Source of the DNA: Malacoraja senta | Taxonomy: Eukaryota | Direction of reading: 5' to 3' | NCBI GenBank assembly: GCA_038087875.1 | Contig: CM075994.1 | Span: forward strand, 8,372,001 to 8,436,000 | DNA length: 64,000 nt | Shown here: piece after piece, positions 1 through 13,969 of the stretch | Position numbering within the stretch: position 1 is the first letter of the stretch | Layout of the letters: each line of letters opens with the position of its first letter | Notes under the pieces: model-generated | Database searches by the model: none | Told to the model about the DNA's origin: nothing | Seen by the model: the letters and a program-made list of their open reading frames with translations, nothing else | Position numbers and translations under genes: made by a program

Positions 1-3000
1 CAAATCAATATCCGGCGTTCAATATCAGCCAGTTGTCGTGGTGCACATTGGCACCAACGATATAGGTACAAACGGGATGAGGTCCTACAAGGTGAATTTA
101 GTGAGCTAGGAGATAAACTTAAAAGTAGGACCTCAAAGGTAATAATCTCTGGATTACTACCAGTGCCACGGGCTAGTCAGAGTAGAAATAGGAGGATTTG
201 CAGATGAATACGTGGCTTGAAAAATGGTGCAAGGGGGAGGGATTCAAATTTCTAGGGCATTGGAACCAGTTCTGGGGGAGGTGGGACCAGTACAAACAGG
301 ACGGTCTGCACCTGGGCTGGAATGGAACCAATGTCCTTGGGGGAGTGTTTGCTAGTGCTGTCGGGGAGGATTTAAACTCGTGTAGCAGGGGGATGGGTGC
401 AAGAGCAGAGAGACAGAGGGGTGTAAAATGAGGGTAGAAGCAATAGGTAGCAAGGTGAAAAGTAAAAGTGGCAGGCAGACAAATCCAGGGCAAAAATCAA
501 AAAGGTCCACTTTTCAACATAATTGTATAAGGGGTAAGAGTGTTGTAAAACCAAGCCTGAAGGCTTTGTATCTCAATGCAAGGAGCATTCGTAATATGGT
601 GGATGAGTTGATGTGCAGATAGTTATTAATGATTATGATATAGTTGGGATCACGGAGACATGGCTCCAGGGTGACCAAGGCTGGGAGCTGACCATCCAGG
701 GATATTCAATATTCAGGAGGGATAGACAGGATGGAAAAGGAGGTTGGGTAGCGTTGCTGGTTAGAGAGGAGATTAATGCAATAGAAAGGAAGGACATTAG
801 CTTGGAGGATGTGGAATCGATTTGGGTAGAGCTGCGAATCACTAAGGGGCAAAAAACGCTAGTGGGAGTGGTGTACAGGCCACCTAACAGTAGTAGTGGA
901 GTTGGGGATGGCATCAAACAGGAAATTAGAAATGCGTGCAACAAAGGTAAAATAGTTATAATGAGTGACTTCAATTTACATATAGATTGGGTGAATCAAA
1001 TTGGCAGGGGTGCTGAGGAAGAGGATTTCTTGGAATGTATGCGGGATAGTTTTCTAAACCAATATGTAGAGAAACCAACGAGAGAGCAGGCTATTCTAGA
1101 CTGGGTATTGAGTAATGAGGAAGGGTTAGTAAGCAGTCTTGTTGTGCGTGGCCCCTTGGGCAAGAGTGACCATAATATGGTTGAGTTCTTCATTAGGATG
1201 GAGAGTGACATTGTTAATTCAGAACCAAGGGTCCTGAACTTAAAGAAAGGTACATTTGAGGGTATGAAACGTGAATTGGCCATGATAGACTGGCAATTGA
1301 TTCTTAAAGGGTTGACGGTGGATATGAAATGGAAAGCATTTAAAGATTGCATGGATGAACTACAACAATTGTTCATCCCAGTTTGGCAAAAGAATAAATC
1401 AGGGAAGGTAGTGCACCCATGGATAACCAGGGATAGTATCAAAACAAAAGATTAAGCATACAAATTAGCCAGAAAAAGCAGCCTAACAGGGGACTGGGAG
1501 AAATTCAGTCCAGCAGAGGAGGACAATGGGCTTAATTAGGAAAGGGAAAATAGATTATGAAAGAAAACTGGCGGGGAACATAAAGACTGACTGCAAAAGT
1601 TTTTATACATATGTGAAGAGAAAACGATTAATTAAAACAAATGTAGGTCCCTTTGCAGTCAGAAACAGGTGAATTGATCATGGGGAACAAAGGACATGGC
1701 AGACCACTTGAATAACTACTTTGGTCCTGTCTTCACTGAGGAAGACATAAATAATCTGCCGGAAATAGCAGGGGACCGGGGGTCAAATGAGATGGAGGAA
1801 CTGAGTGAAATCCAGTTTAGCCGGGAAGTGGTGTTAGGTAAATTGAATGGATTAAAGGCCGATAAATCCCCAGGCCAGATAAGTTGCACCCCAGAGTACT
1901 TAAGGAAGTAGCCCCAGAAATAGTGGATGCATTAGTGATAATTTTTCAAAACTCTTTAGATTCTGGAGTAGTTCCTGATGATTGGAGGGTAGCTAATGTA
2001 ACCCTACTTTTAAAAAAAGGGAGGGAGAGAGAAAATGGGGAATTACAGACCTGTTATTCTAACATCGGTAGTGGGGAAAATGCTAGAGTCAGTTATTAAA
2101 GATGGGATAGCAGCACATTTGGAAAGTGGTGAATTCATTGGACAGTCAGCATGGATTTATGAAAGGTAAATCATGTCTGACGAATCTTATAGAATTTTTC
2201 GAGGATGTAACTAGTAGAGTGGATAAGGGAGAACCAGTGAATGTGTTATATCTGGACTTTCAGAAGGCTTTCGACAAGGTCTCACATAAGAGATAAGTAT
2301 GCAAACTTAAAGCACACGGTATTGGGGGTTCAGTATTGATGTGGATAGAGAACTGGCTGGCAGACAGGAAGCAAAGAGTAGGAGTAAACGGGTTATTTTC
2401 AGAATGGCAGGCAGTGACTAGTGGGGTACCGCAAGGCTCAGTGCTGGGACCCCAGCTATTTACAATATATATTGATGATCTTGATGAGGGAATTGAACGC
2501 AACATCTCCAAGTTTGCGGATGACACGAAGCTGGGTGGCAGTGTTAGCTGTGAGGAGGATGCTAGGAGGCTGCAAGGTGACTTGGATAGGTTGGGTGAGT
2601 GGGCAAATGCATGGCAGATGCAGTATAATTTGGATAAATGTGAGGTTATCCACTTTGGTGGCAAAAACAGGAAGGTAGACTATTATCTGAATGGTGGCCG
2701 ATTAGGAAAAGGGAGATGCAATGAGACATGTGTGTCGTGGTACACCAGTCATTGAAAGTAGGCATGCAGGTGCAGCAGGCAGTGAAGAAAGCGAATGGTA
2801 TGTTAGCATTCATAGTAAAAGCATTTGAGTATAAGAGCAGGGAGGTTCTACTGCAGTTGTACAGGTCTTGGTGAGACCACACCTGGAGTATTGCGTACAG
2901 TTTTGGTCTCCTAATCTGAGGAAAGACATTCTTGCCATAGAGGGAGTACAGAGAAGGTTCACCAGACTGATTCCTGGGAGGACAGGACTTTCATATGAAG

Positions 3001-3424
3001 AAAGACTGGATAGACTCGGCTTGTACTCGCTAGAATTTAGAAGATTGAGGGGGGATCTTTTAGAAACTTACAAAATTCTTAAGGGGTTGGACAGGCTAGA
3101 TGCAGGAAGATTATTCCCGATGTTGGGGAAGTCCAGAACAAGGGGTCACAGTGTAAGGATAAGGGGGGAGTCTTTTAGGCCCACAGGGCGTGGTGAATCT
3201 GTGGAATTCTCTGGCACATAAAGTAGTTGAGGCCAGTTCATTGGCTATATTTAAGAGGGAGTTAGATGTGGCCCTTGTGGCTAAATGGATCAGGGGGTAT
3301 GGAGAGAAGGCAGGTACAGGATACTGAGTTGAATGATCAGCCATGATCATATTGAATGCCAGTGCAGGCTCTAAGGGCCGAATGGCCTACTCCTGCACGT
3401 ATTTTCTATGTTTCTAAGTTCCAT
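1..3424 (+). mobile_element. CR1-clade LINE, decayed, 5' end outside window (ORF1 esterase remnant, ORF2 endonuclease + RT, 3' UTR)
   Basis: ORF1-like VVVHIGTNDIG and DGLHL motifs; endonuclease motifs GITETW, VYRPP, DFN, SDHN (613..1455); RT motifs SGVPQGSVLGP and KFADDTKL; C-terminal RPHLEYCVQFW and SRTRGH; (TTTCTATG)-like tail; several frameshifts and stops. Confidence 0.95.
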
Positions 3425-5978
3425 ATCGAGCAATAACGTTGTTAAACACCTTGTGATCTAACATCCATTCCGTGTTATCATTAAATTTACGTGACCTATT
3501 GTCTGCCACCGTGTTAAACCTACTTCACTGTTGTAGTGTTGTCAACTTGCAGTCGAACATGCAAATTATGCATATTCCCACAGTAAGCCTTTAAGCACGT
3601 GGCGAATAGATGGCTGCTCCATAACAAGAAGGTTATTACAGGCTTCTATTAATTCTAATCTCTTGCCCCAGGGCAGAGTCACAGACATTTCTATGGAGTT
3701 AATAGTAAATCCTAAATAATCATAAATAGCCCTCGTTGGTATCAACCTGGATTTAACTGGATGGATGAGAAACCGCAATTTCTCAAATATGAGTTTCGTG
3801 GCTGAAACAGCTAGATTAGCCAAATGTGCCGTTTTTCCTATGATTAGAATATCATCCAAATAGGCCATAACAATATGCTCGAGCTCTGAGCAGGCCGAGC
3901 ACAGGCTTAAGTAATTTGGTAACTAACCTAGGAGCTGAAGTTAATCCATTTGGCAATGCTTTAAACTGCCATAGCTGCCCCATCCAGCTAAATTTAAAAT
4001 ATCTCCGGTGATCCTTGTGAATAGGAACTGAATAATATGCATCTTTGAGATCGATGCATGCCATAAAGCATCCTTTGGAAATTAATTGTTTAGCAGTAAA
4101 GAAGTTCTCCATTTTTAAATGTCTATACTGCACATATGAGTTAAGTTGTGTTAAATCAAGGATGATCCGACATCCCCCATCTTTTGCCTAGAGAATATAT
4201 TAGACGAATTGATGACTTTCATAATTTGATCGCTCAATTACACCTTTTTTGTGTAATGTATGAATTTCTGCTTGTATATCCAAGCCCTCTTGTTTGGAAT
4301 GAATATACGACCGACTTGGCGTATGTTGTGTGGGTGGAAATGAATTAGGTAAAATTCAATTTTGAACCCCTTTATACTGTGCAATATAAACGGATCTGAA
4401 GTTATCCACCGCCATTCATGCAAAAACAAGTTTAATCTACCACCAACTTGTAACTGTTCCACACACCCCATGTTCCGGAAAGAACCAGACCCACCTACCT
4501 CCATGGTTACAGGTGGTCTGATAATCGGCCCAACGGCCCTAATATTGGTTCTGTTCCCGTCCCTGTGCTTTGGAGGCTTGAACTGCTGGGGTGCGAGGAT
4601 TGCGCATTTTCCATGATGGCCGGGTCGGGCCTTGGCCTAAAAAAGACCTGTGCCCGGGAAGATCAACTTTGGAGCTGGTACTAGCTTCAGCAAACTGCTT
4701 ATTGCTAGTGGAGGCGTTGGGGTGCTGACGCTGAAACAGTGAAGACTTGCCCGGAGTAGGTGCTTTAATTAATCCTACATCTTTAGCTTTGTCATGTACA
4801 TCTTTCACCTGTTTAATCAGGCTTTCCCCGAAATGGAGATTATGTGGCTGGACGTTACTGGCCCTACACGGACCCGCAAACTTTGGGTTTAATGCAGGCT
4901 CTTGCGGAAACAGTTCATCTCGAAATGTGCGTTACACATTAATGCCTTGGCATCTTGCAGGGTATCTGATAGTGGCCCGCCATCTACTGATCTGGCAAAA
5001 GCCGTGATGCCTGAAGATAGTCATTTTAGAATCTGCTGGAGCTTCATCTCTTGGGCCTTGATGCCACCTCCAATGTAACCCCAAATGGAATTGTTGACCG
5101 CCGGCACTTTCAGTGATGCACAATTTGGTGGCGTGTGGTACTTCGCAGCAGTTTCAATCATGGTTTATTCCTGAAGTTGGTGCAAAGTGAGATAATTGAT
5201 GCTAGAGGCCAGTTCTTCTTGAAGAGGTTCACCTGTTTGCGAAGGTATCGCAAATCTGGATGCAAGGGCAGGCAACTCATGTGTAAGAGCCTCGCGCATT
5301 TCATGCATCCCAGTATGTCCTTCTGACATGCATCCGTATTCGGAGTCAGTCATGTACTGACCCCTGACACTCCCCTCATCAGAGCGGGAGGCGCTATGCA
5401 GCCCTGGACCAGGAGCTGCCGCAGGCATTAGGGTAGACCTGAATTGATATGCCTCAGTGTCACGGAGCATATTGTGAGTGAGCATCCTCTCCATGAGGTG
5501 CTCCATATTGGATAAAAGTTACCCATAGGTGTAGGATGGAAATCCTCCTGTCCTGGCTCATCCGAGTATACAGGCCTATGAGACTTGCGTTTGGCTTTAC
5601 CCCCTTTAGGGGTTGCCAAAGTGCTCTGTGCAGGCAGCAAGTCTGAAGTCGCTGACCGCACTGTCAACGACTCTGAAGGCGAAACAGACGGCCGCCGGCT
5701 ACCCGCACTCCCGCGGTCCTCCATAGCCGGTTTCCCCGCGGCCCGTCTGGATTTGTTGGCCTTGGATCTTTCCATGATTCGTTGGAGACCACTGTGAAAA
5801 GAAATACTAAACAAAAACGACCTCAGAGTAAGTTGAAAACTTACGTTTGAGGTTTTTAAACTTACCGCTGGAGGAGCGACCCTCCTCCCAGCCAGTCGTG
5901 CGCCATGCGTTAGACATATTGACGCGCATGCGGGATGGCGGGCTTCTTCACATAGTCACTCACGTGACTTCGAAATAA
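3425..5978 (-). mobile_element. DIRS1-like tyrosine-recombinase retrotransposon, 5' part (left terminus, gag-like ORF, RT), decayed and interrupted by the CR1
   Basis: RT fragments IDLKDAYYSVPIH..F.W.GQLWQFKALPNGLTSAPR (3852..4133) and YLDDILI (3566..3868); VGGRL..F...W..IT.DPFIL motif (4238..4504); terminus TTATTTCGAAGTCACGTGAG matches the internal complementary region seen at 58508..58527. Confidence 0.85.
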
Positions 5979-6106
5979 TATTTGTGAGACCCCCCCTATT
6001 GCGATGAGTGCCTTCTTCTGGAAAAATAGCAGCATTATTGATCTCTTGATGAGAGACTAAAAAGTCTAAAAAGACTCCAGAGTCTTTTCAGCCTTGCCCA
6101 CTTAAG

Positions 6107-6363
6107 AGTCTGTACGGAGTTTGTACGTTCTCCCCGTGACCTGTGTGGGTTTTCTCCGGGTGCTCAGGTTTCCTCCCACACTCCAAATACGTGCAGGTTT
6201 GTAGGTTAATTGGCTTCGGTAACTAGTGTGTGTAGGATAGTGTTAATGTGCGGGGATCGCTGGTCGGCGCGGACTCGGTAGGCCGAAGGATCTGTTTGCA
6301 TGTTGTATCTCCAAATTAAACTAAACGGAACTAAACTAAACTTAACTTAACTTAACTAAACTA
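6107..6363 (+). mobile_element. HE1-like V-SINE, 5'-truncated
   Basis: Core GAGTTTGTACGTTCTCCCCGTGACC..GGTTTCCTCCCACA and (AAACT)n tail, shared with full copies at 25110 and 62545. Confidence 0.8.
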
Positions 6364-6577
6364 AGATATTTAATCCACTGAAGAATGCCATTGTAACAGT
6401 TGGTAATGAGTTCAATTGGTTCGATTTTGAGACACTTTCTCTGGGACTGTGGCTCAGTGGAACCAAACAGAATTCATCCATTTGGTTTTTTGTTGAGCTT
6501 AGTTGACTTTACTTTAGAAATACCACATGGAAACAGGGCCTTCAAGCCCCAAAGAGTGGCGGGTACATGGAACGAGC

Positions 6578-6746
6578 TGCACGGGAGCACCTCAAGGCTG
6601 CGTGCTCAGCACCCTGCTGTACCCACTCTATACTCATGACTGCGTAGCCAGACATAGTGCGAACTCCATCATCAAGTTCGCCAACGACACCACCGTTGTG
6701 GGACGAATCACTGATGGGGACGAGTCAGAGTATAGAAGTGAGATCG

Positions 6747-6777
<31 letters not shown>

Positions 6778-6915
6778 TGGTCTGTGGTCTATAGATACTC
6801 TGAACTTTTATCTTCCCTTATGTACCATGTTTACATATTCTGTTGTGCTGCAGCAACCAAGAATTTCATTGTCCTATCTGGGACTCATGACAATAAAACA
6901 CTCTTAACTCTTGAT
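6578..6915 (+). mobile_element. Rex1/Babar-type LINE fragment (RT piece and 3' tail)
   Basis: TGAPQGCVLSTLLYPLYTHDC...IIKFANDTTVVG; 3' AATAAA followed by (CTCTTGA)-like tail. Confidence 0.75.
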
Positions 6916-7391
6916 TCTTGTATTGAGGAGGTTACAACAAAGGACACAAAGTGCTGGAGTAACTCAGCCGGTCAGGCAGCATCTCTGGAGAACATGGGTA
7001 GGTGACGTTTCTGGTCGAGACCCTTCTTCAGACTGCTACATGCATAGGTGACACTTCTGGTTGACTCGAAACATCGCCTGTCCATGTTCTCCAGAGATGC
7101 TGCCTGACCCGCTGAGTTACTCCAGCACTTTGTGTCCTCTTGTGTAAAGCAGCATCTGCGGTTCCTTGTTCCCACTGCAAGAGGAGGTGGTTGAGGCAGA
7201 TGCTATCACAACAAGCAGAAGATGGATCGGACAGGTTTAGAGGGGTATAGGCCAAAAGTGGGCAGTTTGGACTAGCGTAGATGAGACATCTATGTCGACA
7301 TGAACAAGTTGGGCCGAAGGGTCGGTTTAGGTGCTGTATGACCCGATGAAATCTATGAGCCCACGCCGAACAGCGATCACTTGTTCACACT

Positions 7392-7652
7392 TGGGCAGTC
7401 TACATCCTGGGGGCTTGAACATTGAATTCTCCCAATTCTGCTAGCCCTTGCTGTCCCCTCCCCTTCATCAGCCATCTGGTTGTCTCCTCCCCTCCCCCAG
7501 CCCTCGGGCTCCTCCTCCGCCTTTTTACTTTTTTCCTTTCTTCTCCCCACCCCCTATCAGTCTGAAGAAGGGTTTCGGCCCGAAACGTTACCTATTTCCT
7601 TCGCTCCATAGATGCTGCTGCACCCGCTGAGTTTCTCCAGCATTTTTGTGTA
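7392..7652 (+). mobile_element. Penelope-like element 3' fragment
   Basis: Near-identical to about 51367..51630; flanked by direct repeat TGTTCACACT. Confidence 0.75.
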
Positions 7653-10600
7653 CCTGTTCACACTAGTTCTATCCCAAGTTATCCCACTTTCTCATCCACT
7701 CCCTACACACTAGGGGGCATTTATACAGAGGGCCGATTAACCTACAAACCTTTGGAGAGTGGGAGGAAACCAAAGATCCCGGAGAAAACCCACGCAGGTC
7801 ACGGGGAGAACGCAACAACTCCGTACCGACAGCACCCAAAGTCAGGATCGCACCCGGGTCTCTGGCGCCGTGAGGCAGCAACTCTACCGCTTTAGATTTG
7901 AGAGACAGCATGGAAGTAGGGTCCTTCGGCCCATCGAATCCGTGCCGACCATCGATTCCCCGCACACTAGAACTATCCTATACCAATTCTACCGCTGCGC
8001 CAGCGTGCCGCCCTAATGGGCCTGTCCCACTTATGTGATTTTTTTCGGTGACAGCCCGTGACTATCATAGGCGACAGCCTTGTCGCCAGTAGTCGCCTAA
8101 AAAAATCGCCAAAGTGGAACTGGGGCATATGTCTGAAGAAGCGACACGACCTGAAACATCACCCATTCCTTCTCTCCAGTGATGCTGCCTGTCCAGCTGA
8201 GTTGCTCCAGTATTTTGTGTCTGTCTAAATCGATTTTCTTTGTGGTCAGGTCTCTGATGCGAAGACAGGTTGATAAGTTCAACCTCAATCCAACCTCCCT
8301 TCCATTCATGGACACAAAATGCTGGAGTAACTCAGCGGGACAGGCAGCATCTCTGGAGAGAAGGAATGGGTGACGTTTCAGGTCGAGAACCTTCCTTCCA
8401 TTGACTCCATCCAAAGAACATCTATAGAGGTTGGGAGGTCGTGTTGCAGTCGTATAAGATGTTGGTGAGATCGCATTTATAATATAGTGTTCAGTTCTGG
8501 GCACCGAGTTATGGGAAAGATATTGTCAAGCTTTAGTTAATATCACTGTTGAATATAGTAACTCTGTACATTTTACACTTTCACAAACTGCTGATATAGT
8601 TTGCATGTTTGAATATAGGAGAATGTATGTCTGAATTAAAAAATGAGTTCAGAGGAGATTTACGAGGATGTTGCCAGGGCTAGAGGGTGTGAGCTACAGG
8701 GAGAGGTTGAGCAGGCTGGGTCTCTATTCCTTGGAGCGCAGGAGGACGAGGGGTGATCTTATAGAGGTGTACAAGAACATGAGAGGATTAGATCGGGTAG
8801 ATGCACAGTCTCTTGCCCAGAGTAGGGGAATCGAGGACCAGAGGACATAGGTTCAAGGTGAAGGGGGAAAGATTTAATAGGAATCTAAGGGGTAACTTTT
8901 TAACACAAAGGATGGTGGGTGTATGGAACAAGCTGCCAGAGGAGGTAGTTGAGGCTGGGTCTATCCCAATGAGTGGTAACTTTTTCACACAATGGGTGGT
9001 GCATTTATAATATTGTGTTCAGTTCTGGGCACCATGTTATGGGAAAGATATTGTCAAGCTTGAAAGGGTTCAGAGAATATTTACGAGGATGTTGCGGGTG
9101 TGAGCTACAGGGAGAGGTTGAGTAGGCTTGGTTTTTAAGGGACTGCTCTGTCATCTTGCTGCATCAGCCCCAACTTCAGGAATAGATTGTTTAAGAAGGA
9201 ACTGCAGATGCTGGAAAATCCGAAGGTAGACAAAAATGCTGGAGAAACTCAGCGGGTGAGGCAGCATCTGGGAGCGAAGGAATAGGCAACGTTTCGGGTT
9301 GAGACGTGAAACGGCGCCTATTCCTTCACTCCTAGATGCTGCCTCGCCCGCTGAGTTTCTCCAGCATTTTTGTCTGGATTCAGGAGTGGATTGGTGCCCT
9401 ATGTGGGTGTGATGGGCAGTGAGTGTTGAACTTGGCATCGGTGATGAAAGCTTGCTGAACTTTACCCGCTCTGCTTGTTGACACATGTTGTGAAACTAAC
9501 GATGTTGCATTGCTCTTGGGAAAGCTTTGGCCGAATGATTGGAGCATTGTGCGTGATGTTATTATCTGTTATCCTCAAAAACAACACAGATGTTTGTAAG
9601 AAGGAAAAGTGTTCCCAATATTGGGCGAGTCCAGAACCAGGGGCCGCAGACTAAGAATAAAGGAGGCCATTTAAAACTGAGATGAGAAAAACTTTTTTCA
9701 CAAAAAAAGAGTTTCGAATTTGTGGAATTCTCTGGCACAGAAGGCAGTGGAGGCCAATTCATTCGATTAATTTAAAAGAGAGTTAGATAGAGCTCTAGGG
9801 GCTAGTGGTATCAAGGGGTATGGGGCGAAGGCAGGCATGGGTGACTGATTGTGGATGATCAGCCATGATCACAATGAATGGCGGTGCAGGCTCGAAGGGC
9901 CAAATGGCCTGCACTTAATTTCTATGTTTCTAAGGAACAGTAGATGCTGGCTTAAACCGGATAGACACAAAATACGGGAGTAACTCAGCGGGACAGGCAG
10001 CATTTCTGGAGAGAAGGAATGGGTGACGTTTCGGGTCGAGACCCTTCTTCAGACTGATCAGGGATAAGGGAAACGAGAGATATAGACGGTGATGTAGAGA
10101 GATAAAGAACAATGAATGAAAGATATGCAAAAAATTAACGATGATAAAGGAAACAGGCCATTGTTAGCTGTTTGTAGGGTGAAAATGAGAAGCTGGTGCG
10201 ACTTGGGTGGGGGAGGGATAGAGAGAGGGAATGGCGGGGTTACCTGAAGTGAGAGAAATCAATATTCATACCACTGGGCTGCAAGCTGCCCAAGCGAAAT
10301 ATGAGATGCTGTTCCTCCAATTTGCGGTTAGCCATACTCTGACAATGGAGGAATGGGAAGAAGAATTAAAGTGTCCAGCAACCAGGAGATCAGGTAGGTT
10401 CAGGCGGGCTGAACGAAGGTGTTCCACCAAACGATTGCCCAGTCTACGTTTGGTCTCGCCGAACGACAGATACAGTAGATGAGGTTGGGGGAGGTGCAAG
10501 TGAACCTCAGCCTAACCTGAAAGGACTGTCGGGGTCCCTGGACAGAGTCGAGGGAGGAGGTATAGGGACATGTGTTGCATCCTCTGAGGTTGCAGGGGAA

Positions 10601-11379
10601 GGTACCTGGGGAGGGGGCGGTTTGGGTGGGAAGGGATGAGTTGATCAGGGAGTTTTCTTCATACCGCTGGGGTGCAAGCTGCCAAAGCGAAATATGAGGT
10701 AAACATGTACCGATTATGAGAAAAAACATTTTATTGGCTTTAACCCACCTTGAGGTCAAATCCCAGCAGGCAGATTCCCGCAAGTACTTGGCCAATACAC
10801 ATTTAATTTAAATAAAAACTAAAATGGACTGAACCTTATCGACACAGGACAAGGTCGACTGATGTTAATAGTTAGCAAATTGCTTACGGTGATACCAAAC
10901 TATGTTTATTTGGCAAAACCTGTGGCCAGCTCTTCCCATCTCCTGCGGTTGCAGGGGAAGGTACCTGGGGAGGGGGTGGTTTGGGTGGGAAGGGGTGAGT
11001 TAACCAGGGAGTTGCGGAGGGAACGGTCTCTGCGGAAGACGGAAAGGGATGGAGATGGGAAGATGTGGCCAGTGGTGGAATCCCGTTGGAGGTGGCGGAA
11101 ATATCAGAGCATATATGTCTCTTTGTGCGTGATGTTATTATCTATTATCATTCTCTGTTATATTATCTGCCTCAACTATGTACAGGTCTGAGTAATGTAA
11201 TTTAGGCGCTTTCCATCAAATCGTAACTCCCTGACTAAGTTGTTTAAGGAACTCGGATGAGGGCTAGCCCACACGTACACTTGTTTGTTCGTCAGTATAT
11301 AAACCCGTCCTGTGTATTCTTGACGAACTGTCTCCCAGGGCAGTTTCTCCGTGATATCACATAATTATCTCTCACTCTC

Positions 11380-11660
11380 CAGGCCCTTCGGCCCACCGAG
11401 TCCGTGCCGACCAGCGATCCCCGCACACTAACACTATCCTACACACACACCAGGGACAGTTTACATTTACACCAAGCCAATTGACCTGCAAACCTGCACA
11501 TCTTTGGAGTGTGGGAGGAAACCGAAGATCTCGGAGAAAACCCGCGCGGGTCACGGAGAGAACATACAGACTCCATACAGATAGCACCCGTGGTCTGGAT
11601 CGAACCCGGGTCTCTGGCGCTATGAGGCAGCAACTCTACCGCTGCACCACTGTGCCGGCC
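11380..11660 (-). mobile_element. HE1-like V-SINE
   Basis: Reverse complement has tRNA-like head (GGTGCAGCGGTAGAG, GGTTCGATCC) and the V-SINE core. Confidence 0.8.
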
Positions 11661-11959
11661 TGATCATTGTTGGGATAAAACCACTCCTGAACCTGGTGGA
11701 CACGCTTTTTAGACGTCTCGGTGACAGTAGTGAGGGGGAGAAGGCAGGAGAATGAGGTTGGTAGAGATAGATCAGCCACGATTGAATGGCAGAGTAGACT
11801 TGATGGGCTGAATGGCCTAAATCTGCTCATAAAACGTGTGAACATGATATGAGAGTGTGAGTACCTGTGATGGATCTTCGATGGTGGGGAGGTCAGTACC
11901 TGTGTCCACCACTCTCTGGAGATACATTTGATGGTGGGGAGGTCAGTACGCGTGAAGGA

Positions 11960-12142
11960 CAGAGTAAACATCACGTCTACAGAATCATCCACTGTCAATT
12001 AGTAACGGTAAGTCAATATCGGTGAGGGTGAGCTGCTAAAAGCCATGGGAAGGCACTCTGAGAGTGCAGTTGGGTGGTGAGATCGACCCCCCTTCCCGTC
12101 GTTCTCCCCTCTCACAGACAGAGGGGACCTCTCCTCCCAGCC
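11960..12142 (+). promoter_or_regulatory. Putative C4 proximal promoter / 5' UTR with liver-type motifs
   Basis: Immediately upstream of the ATG; GTAAACA (11964..11970, FoxA-like), GTCAATTAGTAAC (11994..12006, HNF1-like, 2 mismatches), AAGTCAATA (12010..12018); motif matches only. Confidence 0.35.
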
Positions 12143-12207
12143 ATGGACAGTGTGGCCATCCTCGTTTGGTTCTGCGCCGTCGTACCGGCTACAGGACAGG
12201 ACATGTC
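12143..12207 (+). CDS. C4: Complement C4-like, exon 1 (signal peptide)
   Basis: Kozak [28 protein letters not shown](S); 65 nt, ends phase 2; donor GTAAGT; joins exon 2 in frame. Confidence 0.85.
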
Positions 12208-12279
12208 GTAAGTAGATGGTTTCTCACCCACCGCTGGGTAGCGTGTTATGTGAAGGAACGGGGGGGGCAGAGGCATGGC

Positions 12280-12730
12280 ACACACGCCAGGCACACACAC
12301 ACACACACACACACACGCGCACGCATGCACACACGCACGCACACATACACACACGCACACACCTACACACACACAGACACACACGCACATGCACACACAC
12401 GCACGCACACACGCACGCACACACTCGCACGCATGCATGCACACGCACACACACACGCATGCACGCACGCACACACGCACACGCACACACGGCGGGCTGG
12501 GGCAGTAGCGGGGTGTGCTGGAGAGAGGAAGTGCGTGTGAATGTTTATCTGTGTGTTTCAATGTGTGTACTTGAATGTCTACGTTTGTGTGTGTGAATGT
12601 GACTATATGTGTGAGTGTGTCAGTGTGTGTTTGAGTGGGTGTGTGACTGTATGTGTGCATGTTTGAGTGGGTGTGTGACTGTCTGAGTGTGTGTGACTGT
12701 GTTTGAGTGGGTGTGACTGTGTGTGTGTTT
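12280..12730. repeat. Compound (CA)n then (TG)n microsatellites
   Basis: Directly visible. Confidence 0.9.
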
Positions 12731-12732
12731 GA

Positions 12733-13590
12733 TTGCAGTATAATGTGGATAAATGCAGTATAATGTGGATAAATGTGAGGTTGTCCACTTTGGTGGCAAA
12801 AACAGGAAAGCAGACTATTATCTAAATGGTGGCCGATTCGGAAATGGGGAGATGCAGAGAGACCTAGGTGTCATGGTACACCAGTCATTGAAAGTAGGCA
12901 TGCAGGTGCAGCAGGCAGTGAAGAAAGCGAATGGTATGTTAGCTTTCAAAGCAAAAGGATTTCAGTATAGGAGCAGGGAGGTTCTACTGCAGTTGCACAG
13001 GGTCTTGGTGAGACCACACCTGGAGTATTGCGTACAGTTTTGGTCTCCAAATCTGAGGAAGGACATTATAGCCATAGAAGGAGTGCAGAGAAGGTTCACC
13101 AGACTGATTCCTGGAATGTCAGGACTTTCATATGAAGAAAGACTGGATAGTCTTGGCTTATACTCGCTAGAATTTAGGAGGTTGAGAGGGGATCTTATAG
13201 AAACGTACAAAATTCTTATGGGGTTGGACAGGCTAGATGTAGGAAGATTGTTCCCGAAGTTGGGGAAGTCCAGGACAAGGGGTCACAGCTTAAGGATAAG
13301 GGGGAAATCCTTTAAGACCGAGACGAGGAAAAACTGTTTCACACAGAGAGTGGTGAATCTCTGGAACTCTCTGCCACAGAGGGTAGTTGAGGCCAGTTCA
13401 TTGGCTATATTTAAGAGGGAGTTAGATGTGGCCCTTGTGGCTAAGGAGATCAGGGGGTATGGAGAGAAGGCATGTACGGGATACTGAGTTGGATGATCAG
13501 CCATGATCATATTGAATGGCGGTGCAGGCTCGAAGGGCCGAATGGCCTACTCCAGCACCTATTTTCTATGTATCTATGTATCTATGATTG
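12733..13590 (+). mobile_element. CR1 LINE 3' fragment
   Basis: ORF 12753..13487 is the CR1 ORF2 C-terminus; (CTATGTAT)n tail. Confidence 0.92.
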
Positions 13591-13599
13591 TATGCCGCA

Positions 13600-13920
13600 T
13601 ACAACACACACACACACACGCACACACACACACACACACACAGAGACACACACAGGCATACACACGCACATGCACACACACGTAATCACACATACACACA
13701 CACTCACTCCCACACACACATAGATTCATACAGATACACACAAGCACACACATGCATACACACACACACACAGACATACACACACACTCACATGCATACA
13801 TACAGACAGACACACACAAACACACACACACACAAACACACATCACACACACAGACACACACACACACACACACACACACACTGATACACACACACACAC
13901 AAACACACACACACAATCAC
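13600..13920. repeat. Degenerate (CA)n microsatellite
   Basis: Directly visible. Confidence 0.9.
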
Positions 13921-13969
13921 AGAAGTTTAGGGTGTCACGGTTAATTGTTTTGTCTTCTCCTGTTGCCAG

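Noticed and set aside
1..3424. Active full-length LINE
   Set aside because: Multiple stops and frameshifts, and an internal deletion near 3183
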